Shown here one piece after another: positions 28,713 through 36,219 of a DNA stretch of 64,000 nt. A model generated the notes under the pieces. It was given only the letters and a program-made list of their open reading frames with translations. It did no database searches and was not told where the DNA came from. The position numbers were made by a program, and so were the translations under genes. Origin of the DNA: Planctomycetota bacterium (GTDB lineage Bacteria; Planctomycetota; UBA8108; UBA1146); contig JABHOG010000015.1 in NCBI GenBank assembly GCA_018694835.1, positions 7,362 to 71,361 on the forward strand, given 5' to 3'. How positions within the stretch are numbered: position 1 is the first letter of the stretch; each line of letters opens with the position of its first letter.

Positions 28713-29467
28713 TCGGCGATCCAGTCATGGCGCGCAGAAGAAGTTTTGGTCGAAGGATCGTGGCTTCGCTGTCACGCCTTGTTCGCGATCGATTCCAGCA
28801 AAACCTACCCGCCGATATCGAATCTGAAACTCACTTTCGCAGAGAGTTGAATCGGGCTTTCCCCGGCGACCTCGTTCATGGCGAAGAACTCGGTGCTGCG
28901 CCCGGATCTGATCGCCACGGTTGGATCATCGATCCTCTCGACGGTTCAACCAACCATGGTCGTGGGATTCCCTTGTTCGCCGTTTCTCTGGCCTACGTTG
29001 ATCAAGGGTTGCCACAACTGGGCTGGGTCTCTGATCCGGTGCGTGGTGAGTGGTTCGAGGCTCACCGCGGAGGGGGAGTTTTCAGGGGTGGACCGGGCCC
29101 CTCCTACTCCGCCAAAGCGGATCCGATGATCCTGTGCTGTTCCGACCGCTGGCTCCACGCATTTCCTCGTTGGCTCGAATCGATTCCAGGTCCGTGCAAG
29201 GTTCGTTCGCTGGGATCCATCGCACTCGAGATGGCCTGGATCGCCAGCGGGCGAATCCAGGGAGGAGCCTGGTATCGTACTCAGCCATGGGATGTGGCGG
29301 CTGGTCAGTTACTGATTGAAGAATCTGGTGGCGAGGTGCTGTCGGTCTCTGGTGCCGGTCCGGGTGCTCGGATTGCCGCCAGCTCCGGGTCTCAAGGGTG
29401 GATCCAGACCATCCGCGATGGCCTTCCACAGCACGGAATGGATGCGCAGCGTCTCGATCCGCACTAG
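28709..29467 (+). CDS. Inositol monophosphatase family protein
   Basis: GEE, WIIDPLDGSTN and PWDVAAG motifs. Confidence 0.88.
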   Translation: MIGDPVMARRRSFGRRIVASLSRLVRDRFQQNLPADIESETHFRRELNRAFPGDLVHGEELGAAPGSDRHGWIIDPLDGSTNHGRGIPLFAVSLAYVDQGLPQLGWVSDPVRGEWFEAHRGGGVFRGGPGPSYSAKADPMILCCSDRWLHAFPRWLESIPGPCKVRSLGSIALEMAWIASGRIQGGAWYRTQPWDVAAGQLLIEESGGEVLSVSGAGPGARIAASSGSQGWIQTIRDGLPQHGMDAQRLDPH

Positions 29468-29507
29468 AATCTGAACGATGGTCGTCGCTGGCTGCTGAAG
29501 GGTTCCG

Positions 29508-30053
29508 ATGACGAAAGACTCGATCGAAGTCCACATCCAAAAACTTGCCGGGATTATCCCGGATGGAGCCGCAGTATTCCTGCGAGCGCCAGACAAGACC
29601 TTCGTCATCTTCATCGGCAGTACCGAAGGAGAAGCTCTGGCCCGGGCCATCCAGGGGGAGGAAACTCCCAGGCCTCTCACCCACGACCTGGTCCATTCCA
29701 TCCTGCTCGGATTTGACATCGAGATCACCCGTATGGTGATCTCTCAGATCCTCGAAGGCACCTTCTGCGCGACTCTGGTGATGGCGCAAAAGTCATCGGG
29801 AAATCACCTGTGCAAGAATGAAGTACGAATCGATACTCGTCCCAGCGATGCGTTCGTGCTCGCTGCGAGAATCGGGTTTCCGATTCATGTGGCACAAGAA
29901 GTTCTCGATCAGGTCAAGGACGTGAGTGATCTCATCGCCTCTGACAATCCGCTTCCTGAATTCCCTCCACTTGGAGACCTGGGTAGCGCAGATGATATGG
30001 GAACAGTAGATCGCAATGATCTTGCGAGACCGTCGGATGGAGAGCCTGAGTGA
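29508..30053 (+). CDS. Bifunctional nuclease family (DUF151) protein
   Basis: IFIG..EG, PRPLTHDL and IDTRPSDA motifs. Confidence 0.9.
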   Translation: MTKDSIEVHIQKLAGIIPDGAAVFLRAPDKTFVIFIGSTEGEALARAIQGEETPRPLTHDLVHSILLGFDIEITRMVISQILEGTFCATLVMAQKSSGNHLCKNEVRIDTRPSDAFVLAARIGFPIHVAQEVLDQVKDVSDLIASDNPLPEFPPLGDLGSADDMGTVDRNDLARPSDGEPE

Positions 30054-30526
30054 TGTCACATGAGCCACTACGCCACCGGATGATGTGGATACCGCTGATT
30101 TTAGTTTCCCTCGCTGGATGTAAACACATCCCCGATGTCGATCGCCATTTTCAACGCTCTGCCGCACTTGAAACGGTCCGATACTTTCGCTACGCCATCG
30201 ACGCCAGTCAGTACGACGCCGCATACCGCTGTCTTTCTGAAACGACACGAGAACAGATATCGGCTCTCGCTTTCCAGGCTTTGATCCGTTTTGTGGACGT
30301 TCCACAACTCGATGATCTGGGCCTCAGAGACTTACTGGTGGATTCCAGTATCGACGATGGTGTCGAGGTCCCTCCGGGAGGGGGGCAGGATCGCTGGATC
30401 ACCCTCATATGGAGTTCGGATGAGCAGTACATCGAATACTCTCTGCGGCTCCAGCCCGGCTTGAATCAACTCTGGGAAATCGAACTGTTAGCGACCCGTG
30501 GTGTCGACCTGACAGGTACCCCGTGA
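30050..30526 (+). CDS. Hypothetical lipoprotein
   Basis: Lipobox LAGC; overlaps both neighbours (operon coupling). Confidence 0.7.
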   Translation: MMSHEPLRHRMMWIPLILVSLAGCKHIPDVDRHFQRSAALETVRYFRYAIDASQYDAAYRCLSETTREQISALAFQALIRFVDVPQLDDLGLRDLLVDSSIDDGVEVPPGGGQDRWITLIWSSDEQYIEYSLRLQPGLNQLWEIELLATRGVDLTGTP

Positions 30527-31680
30527 AGTTGAATACTTACCTGGATCACAACGCAACGACTCCCTTGCACCCCCAGGTGGCTGAGAAGATGCATCAGTGT
30601 CTACAGGGGGCTGCCCCGGCCAATCCGTCGAGCTTGCATCGACACGGTCGGGACGCTCGGAAAATCCTCGACGATGCTCGTGACCAACTCGCCTCATTAC
30701 TGGCGGTGGAATCCTCCGAACTCCATTTTACCAGTGGTGGTACCGAATCGAATAATCTGGCGATCAAGGGGCTGGCCCCCATCGATGCCCCGCTCTTTGT
30801 CGGGGCCACCGAACATCCTTCGGTGCTCGAACCCGCGCGGCAACAGTGGCAAGAGGGTCGTCCAGGTGGTGTGCTCGAAGTGGACCGTTCGGGCAAGATT
30901 CGCGATTTCGAGGTGGTCAACGGGGCTCTCTATTCGATCCATTGGATCAATAATGAGACCGGGATCAGCCAGGAGATCCCGAAGCTTGCTCGCCATATTC
31001 ACGAAGGCGGCGGACGGCTTCACATCGATGGTGCCCAGGGTTTTTTTCGTATCCCCAAGACGATCCCTGAATTGTCGGTAGATGCCGCAACCATCACCGC
31101 CCACAAGTCCTTCGGGCCGGTTGGTGCGGGCGCTCTGTGGGTCAAAACTGGACTTCTCATCGATCCACTTCTTCGTGGCGGGCCACAGGAGAAGAAAATC
31201 CGACCCGGAACCGAAAACCTGCTGTCGATCACGGGGATGGGAGAACTGGCTCGAGTTTCGCGTAGCACGCCCTTGTGGGACCTGGCGGCACTTCGACTCG
31301 CCAGAGAGGCGCTGTTACTGCCGATGCAGCAGATTCCGGACTGCAAGATCATTCCCCATCAAGAAGATGACTGGCCCGGTTGTGTTCATGTCAGTTTCCG
31401 CGGTGTCCACGCCGAGACCTTGCTAGTCCGACTCGACATGGACGGGATCTCCGCATCGAGTGGTTCCGCTTGTTCTTCCGGTGCACGCGAACCCAGTCAT
31501 GTTCTCGAGGCGATGGGAGTGGACCTCGAATGGATCCGTGGTGCGATACGGCTGTCGCTGGGACCGGTCGAGCGAACCCCGCAGAACTCCATCGACCAGC
31601 TCTCGAAGGTAGGCGCCCAAATCGCAGCCATCGTCAACCAACTGCGCACTCGAGACTTCCAAACACCCCCGGGTGGATAA
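30523..31680 (+). CDS. iscS: Cysteine desulfurase (IscS/NifS class I)
   Basis: YLDHNATTP, FTSGGTESNN, TAHK (PLP lysine), SSGSACSS. Confidence 0.9.
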   Translation: MKLNTYLDHNATTPLHPQVAEKMHQCLQGAAPANPSSLHRHGRDARKILDDARDQLASLLAVESSELHFTSGGTESNNLAIKGLAPIDAPLFVGATEHPSVLEPARQQWQEGRPGGVLEVDRSGKIRDFEVVNGALYSIHWINNETGISQEIPKLARHIHEGGGRLHIDGAQGFFRIPKTIPELSVDAATITAHKSFGPVGAGALWVKTGLLIDPLLRGGPQEKKIRPGTENLLSITGMGELARVSRSTPLWDLAALRLAREALLLPMQQIPDCKIIPHQEDDWPGCVHVSFRGVHAETLLVRLDMDGISASSGSACSSGAREPSHVLEAMGVDLEWIRGAIRLSLGPVERTPQNSIDQLSKVGAQIAAIVNQLRTRDFQTPPGG

Positions 31681-31720
31681 AAAAATAAGCCGGGGCCTCG
31701 ACGAATCGAGACCCCGACTA
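31679..31720 (-). terminator. Intrinsic terminator of the MamK-like operon
   Basis: CGGGGCCTCGA-CGAA-TCGAGACCCCG hairpin flanked by an A tract on + (U tract on -). Confidence 0.7.
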
Positions 31721-31752
31721 AGAAGGGGGGGAGTGCAATGGGATGGCGCGAT

Positions 31753-32850
31753 TTAACCGCGCATTCTTGTCCAGTACTCTGTGGGCATCTCCTGGGCCAA
31801 CTTGAGTGCACCCTGAGCACCGGCGTAGACCGGGTCGTCGACGATCAGGACTCGACCGCCGCCCAGGCTTTCGAGACCCTGCTCCAGTGATTCCTGGAGG
31901 CCAAACACCTGTGAGCCACCGCCGCTGACGATGATTCTATTTCGAATCAGATGCTGGAATTCTGGATCAAAACTAGCGACCAAGCTTTGGATCGCTTCGG
32001 TGATCCAGGGGACCAATTCTTCCACGGCGCTGCGAATCTGATCGGTGATATCCACCGGAGTCGGGCGCCCGGCTATCGGGAAGGTCACGATCGCCCGTTT
32101 CTGCGTGTCGATCACACTACTGAATCGTTCCTTGGCCATCTTGATCATGTTGGAAGTGAATTGCACCTCCGGATGGGCCTCCCGTACCAGTTCGGCGAGT
32201 CTCTGGTCGACGTAGTTTCCTGCGCGGAATACGGTGACCTGATCCTCGAGTCCGGGCAGGCTGCCCGCCATTCGACACAGATCTATGGTTCCCGCACCGA
32301 TGTCGATGACGATGGCGTTTTCCAGAGCGTCGAGTGCGTAGGCCACGGCGAACGGTTCCGACACGACCATCACGCCTTCGATCCCTGCCTCGTTGGCCAG
32401 ATCGACGATGGCTTGTTTGTTTTCACGAGTCGCTTCTGCCGGAGCACCGATCACTGCGCATACCGCCTGGTCAGGCCTTGGATTGCACGCCTTACGCAGC
32501 GCCGAGAGCAATTGCACTCCTGCCTGGCGAGACAAATCCTGCTCCGATCCACTGAGACGGGTAAAGGCCAGGTTGCCCTCCTTCAGCGGAAAACAGGTAT
32601 TGAGAGCGAGGCGATTCTTGAGCACCGCATCTCCCACCAGAGTTTGGCCGCCGAGAACCTTGGCCGAGACCGAGTCCTTTGGCCAACCGACCAGACTGGC
32701 CATCACATCTCTGGATCCATTGGAACCGGCGATGGCGCTCCTGCTGGTTCCCAGGTCGATTCCTACGTGCAGCAAGCTCGTCTTGGAACTGATCTTGGGA
32801 GACTTCACGTCGTGGTGCTGATTCTTCTGAACTTTTTTCTGCGGCTTCAT
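31753..32850 (-). CDS. MamK-like actin-family ATPase
   Basis: GIDLGTS, VG.PKD, VVSEPF, VIDIGAGT.D, PG.EDQVT...AGNYVD, GGGS and LAQEMPTEYW, all collinear with magnetosome MamK as recalled; distinct from the true MreB at 40768-41841. Confidence 0.85.
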   Translation of the reverse strand: MKPQKKVQKNQHHDVKSPKISSKTSLLHVGIDLGTSRSAIAGSNGSRDVMASLVGWPKDSVSAKVLGGQTLVGDAVLKNRLALNTCFPLKEGNLAFTRLSGSEQDLSRQAGVQLLSALRKACNPRPDQAVCAVIGAPAEATRENKQAIVDLANEAGIEGVMVVSEPFAVAYALDALENAIVIDIGAGTIDLCRMAGSLPGLEDQVTVFRAGNYVDQRLAELVREAHPEVQFTSNMIKMAKERFSSVIDTQKRAIVTFPIAGRPTPVDITDQIRSAVEELVPWITEAIQSLVASFDPEFQHLIRNRIIVSGGGSQVFGLQESLEQGLESLGGGRVLIVDDPVYAGAQGALKLAQEMPTEYWTRMRG

Positions 32851-33581
32851 GACGACCTACCTTCTCTAGGCTGGGAGGGGAGATCTCCCGATAGTGGCTC
32901 TTCCGAGATTGCGCGGAGAGCCACGTTGGCCTGGAACAACTGGTCCAGGAGTTCTGATTTCTTGTGATCAAAGGGGGACTTCACTTCCAGCTGATCGATC
33001 TCGAGGTCGCCGCCTACGGCGATCGCATGATCGGTGGCTTGAAGTGCCAGGGTCAATTCTTCAATTCTCATCTCGAGCCTTTCGACATGTGTGTTCTGAG
33101 TATCTCTCACAGTCGCCAATTCGGTTCTCCAGTCGCGAGCGATCAGCTTCGATAGCTGGATCAGCAACGCTTTCTCTCTCTTGCCGAGAGGACCATCCGA
33201 GGCACTGGTAGAAGCCTGCTCAGCCGCCGCAGGCGTTGGGATCGACGGGATGATCGGAGACGGAACTTTGATCATCGGATTCGTGACTACTTTTTCCTCT
33301 TGGATCACTTTCGTGGCCTCACCACGTTCCACTGGAGTTGCGACAGTGGGGGACACGTACTGATTCGCCCTCGCAAGGATCTGTTGGTGCTGCTCCGTGG
33401 AGAGCGCCAGTCCATCCAGCATCTCCAGCAGTGCTCGGGAGACCGCTTTTCGGGCGGTATCTCGTAGTTGTGCCGGTGTCACGACACGAATCTTCTGAAT
33501 TCCCTTTTCCTGTAGTTCCTTCAACGGATGCACCGAACTGTTGGTAATCGACAGTGGGCTGTCAGCAGATTCAGGCTTCAT
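32847..33581 (-). CDS. Hypothetical coiled-coil protein coupled to the MamK-like gene
   Basis: ATGA overlap; N-terminal helical domain, Pro-rich linker, heptad-like C-terminal helices; AAAGG RBS. Confidence 0.8.
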   Translation of the reverse strand: MKPESADSPLSITNSSVHPLKELQEKGIQKIRVVTPAQLRDTARKAVSRALLEMLDGLALSTEQHQQILARANQYVSPTVATPVERGEATKVIQEEKVVTNPMIKVPSPIIPSIPTPAAAEQASTSASDGPLGKREKALLIQLSKLIARDWRTELATVRDTQNTHVERLEMRIEELTLALQATDHAIAVGGDLEIDQLEVKSPFDHKKSELLDQLFQANVALRAISEEPLSGDLPSQPREGRSS

Positions 33582-33634
33582 CGTCGGACCTTTCTTCGAG
33601 GTGGCATTTGCGCCGCGGTTCGAAGGAAGAGTGA

Positions 33635-33650
33635 GGCAAATGGCGTGCCC
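33635..33650 (-). promoter_or_regulatory. sigma54 promoter of the MamK-like operon
   Basis: GGGCACG-CCAT-TTGCC on the minus strand with correct GG-N10-GC spacing; predicted +1 near 33624, 43 nt before the ATG. Confidence 0.55.
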
Positions 33651-33987
33651 GCTGTGGATGCCGCGTCGAGACGTATTTCGGTGGGGAATAATCGGGAGCG
33701 ATAAACCGATTCGGTGCCATCCGTACAGGAAGTGGATATTCCAGATTTCGAATCAGAGTTGTAATGTGGGGGGTGCCGTAAACAAGGGTGAAGTGATACA
33801 ATCGGTCTCTCTGACCGTAGTTCTGCCCTGAGAATCGGTGAGATGAGGAAGAAATGAGCCTGGCTTAAAGTTGCTTCTCGGCCCTTGCGGGGCCCATAAT
33901 AAGCAACTGTCCCGCTGCCAAGGTGCTCAGAATTACTCTTTCTCAGTCCAACTTCGAACCAATTCGACTGCTGAACAGGAGATTCCG

Positions 33988-35307
33988 ATGTCCTACTTTC
34001 ACATCCTCATGAGGATCGCCATGCTCTCGATCTTGCTCCTGGCAGGTCAAAGTGTTCTGGCTCAGGATCCCGGATATATCTTCCATTTTGATACCAGTGG
34101 ATCGGGTCCTTCCGGTGCCACCGTCATCACTCGTTCCTTGATCGACAATCCTGGCGGCGATCTGGCGGGATGGTCCGTCGCCATTTGCCACGACTCCAAT
34201 ATCGAGATCGTCGAGGTGGCCAGCGGTACGGCTTCCACTACCGCAAATGCCGGTGGACCCGCTGATTTCGATGAACTCACCCTCTTCCCAGGTTTTGGAG
34301 TGAGGCAGGGAGTAGTCGTCAATTTCGTTGGACTCAATAACCTACCGATTTCAATGGGTCACGAGACGATCATCATGCAGACCCTGTTACTGGGACCCGA
34401 CGACACCTTTGCCAGCATCCAGTTCTGTTCCGAAGTGTTCCCCGGTGATGCTCAGATATCAGAGAACCTCGCCGTGGCTCCAGGCGGAATCGCCATCGTC
34501 CCGACCACCGAAAATGGGTTGATCGAGATTGGTGGAATGCTGCCCTTCACCCTCAGTGCCAGTGCTTCCGCCGCAACAGTGGAGCAGGGCCTGGATGTAG
34601 ATGTTCAGATCCTGATCGATGCTCCCGAGACCAACTACGGATTCTCCTTTGGCTTTGCTCACTCCGGAGATGCTTTGGCTCTGACCAGTGCCGACCCTGG
34701 TGCTGCGCTCAGCGGATTCAACGGCGGTGCCGGTCCCGAGTACCTGCTGATCGATATCGATCCCGAAGGCGCCTCTGGACTGATCGTCGCCTGTCTCTAT
34801 GCGATCACTTCCATCAGCGAGATGTCCGCAGGTAATAATCAAGAACTGATCGTGGGGCACTACCAAGCGCTCGACACCTCACCACTTGGTTCAACCAACC
34901 TCGATTTCTCCTCCGACCTCGTGACCCAGGCTCCGTCGCCACCGACCGCCATCATCGTCTCACTGGGCTCCGGTTCTGCGGCGGTCAACACCAGCGGTAC
35001 CAGCGTCGAAGTCCTTGAAGGTGTCGTGGGAGTCCAGTTCACCCGTGGTGATTTCGATGGCAACGGCAACCTCGACCTGGGCGACCCGGTCAACCTGCTC
35101 GGTTACATGTTCAACGGTGGTGCACCTTCTCTGTGCGAGAAGAACGCCGATATCGATGACGATGGAATCATCGTGCTGGGGGACCCGGTTCTGCTGCTGA
35201 GCTACATGTTCAGTGGAGGCCCGCCACCACAGGAGCCGTTCGATTCCTGCGGGATTGATCCGACCGAGGATAACCTGACCTGCGAAGCCTTCGATTCCTG
35301 TCCCTAG
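33988..35307 (+). CDS. Secreted protein with two cohesin-like beta-sandwich repeats and a dockerin-like tail
   Basis: CAGGAG RBS, signal peptide ending VLA-Q, two alignable repeats (..GWSVAICHD.. / ..GFSFGFAHS..), FTRGDFDGNGNLDLGD and ADIDDDG repeats. Confidence 0.8.
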   Translation: MSYFHILMRIAMLSILLLAGQSVLAQDPGYIFHFDTSGSGPSGATVITRSLIDNPGGDLAGWSVAICHDSNIEIVEVASGTASTTANAGGPADFDELTLFPGFGVRQGVVVNFVGLNNLPISMGHETIIMQTLLLGPDDTFASIQFCSEVFPGDAQISENLAVAPGGIAIVPTTENGLIEIGGMLPFTLSASASAATVEQGLDVDVQILIDAPETNYGFSFGFAHSGDALALTSADPGAALSGFNGGAGPEYLLIDIDPEGASGLIVACLYAITSISEMSAGNNQELIVGHYQALDTSPLGSTNLDFSSDLVTQAPSPPTAIIVSLGSGSAAVNTSGTSVEVLEGVVGVQFTRGDFDGNGNLDLGDPVNLLGYMFNGGAPSLCEKNADIDDDGIIVLGDPVLLLSYMFSGGPPPQEPFDSCGIDPTEDNLTCEAFDSCP

Positions 35308-35362
35308 GGACCGATGCTCGCGATCTTTCCAGTGGTCGCGTCCCGGTCTATAATCCGTCTTC

Positions 35363-35692
35363 ATGGATGCCGATCGTGAGGTGGAGCCGATGGTGGAACC
35401 CGGGGCGATTTCGATTCAATACTCTGACGGAGTTCAATCCTCCGTGCACGTGGTCCCTGAGGCGCCTGAAGCGCCGCAGGACCTCTCTGCTGCCACTCTT
35501 CTGCACTGGTGTGTTTTCCCCGGTGATCCCATCGAAAAGGATCAGGAACTACTCCTGATTGCCGAGGGGCAATGCTTGCGTTCCGTCTCCGCTCCCACCT
35601 CGGGAACCTTGCTGGTCCACTGGTCGGAGGCGGGTGATCCGGTGGCTGCCGGAGAAACCCTGGGCTGGATCCGTCCACTTCACCACGACTGA
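35363..35692 (+). CDS. Lipoyl/biotinyl-carrier-like domain protein lacking the attachment lysine
   Basis: W.V.PGD.IEKDQ.L...VSAP.SG.L......GD.V..GE.L pattern; ETDKA position reads AEGQC. Confidence 0.7.
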   Translation: MDADREVEPMVEPGAISIQYSDGVQSSVHVVPEAPEAPQDLSAATLLHWCVFPGDPIEKDQELLLIAEGQCLRSVSAPTSGTLLVHWSEAGDPVAAGETLGWIRPLHHD

Positions 35693-35927
35693 GCGGTTGT
35701 TTTTTGACCGAAAAACACCACAGCGCTCCATCAGTGAGCGAATATTGGCCACTTCTGCAACCTCTTTCCCATCCGATGCTTAGCACCACTCGTTGAGAAA
35801 TACATCTCATAGTGGTAGCCATCTAGCCACTTTGTCATAGTGCCTTTCGCCCGTCGGTTTGGGGGGAATCTCCGTAAATGGTTCAACTGTTGCGAGTTAG
35901 TATTCCTGAATCAGCGTCAGACCGATT

Positions 35928-35943
35928 TGGCACGTTCCATGCA
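35928..35943 (+). promoter_or_regulatory. sigma54 (-24/-12) promoter
   Basis: TGGCACG-TTCC-ATGCA, one mismatch to consensus; intergenic. Confidence 0.7.
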
Positions 35944-35953
35944 ATGAATCAGT

Positions 35954-36119
35954 GGGCTCTTTGGGACAGGGGAGTTGGAGAGATCCTTCGAAAGAAGTCT
36001 CTCGTGCAAGGCCACCAGCCTGCAATAGATTGGTGTCCTCCCCGAGGCGACATTGTCGCCTTCCTTGCTTCATTTCTTTCCGAGGAGGCGCCATTTCCCC
36101 GATGGCGCCTCTTTTTTTT
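35954..36119 (+). ncRNA. Candidate ~165-nt structured sRNA
   Basis: Bounded by a sigma54 motif and an intrinsic terminator; several stems; no credible ORF. Confidence 0.6.
36085..36119 (+). terminator. Intrinsic terminator
   Basis: GAGGCGCCAT-TTCCCCG-ATGGCGCCTC followed by T8. Confidence 0.9.
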
Positions 36120-36219
36120 GTGCCTATTCGCGGCTGACTTCTCGCCGGTACGGATCGTTTTTCCCACCCCAACTCTCCTTCTGATCGCCCAGTCACCAGC
36201 GGCAAGATGAAGTGGGGCA

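Noticed and set aside
31753-32850. Calling the window a magnetosome gene cluster
   Set aside because: No other mam/mad/mms-like genes are recognisable; the TPR protein at 22503-24134 belongs with the ASPIC/UnbV gene and is not MamA-like
33849-33857. 9-nt complementarity (AAGAAATGA) to the pyrimidine tract of the 35954-36119 candidate sRNA
   Set aside because: A 9-mer match is expected by chance in a window this size, and it lies about 130 nt from the start codon
33861-33875. TGGCTTAAAGTTGCT as a sigma54 promoter for the cohesin-like gene
   Set aside because: GG-to-GC spacing is one base short of the strict requirement
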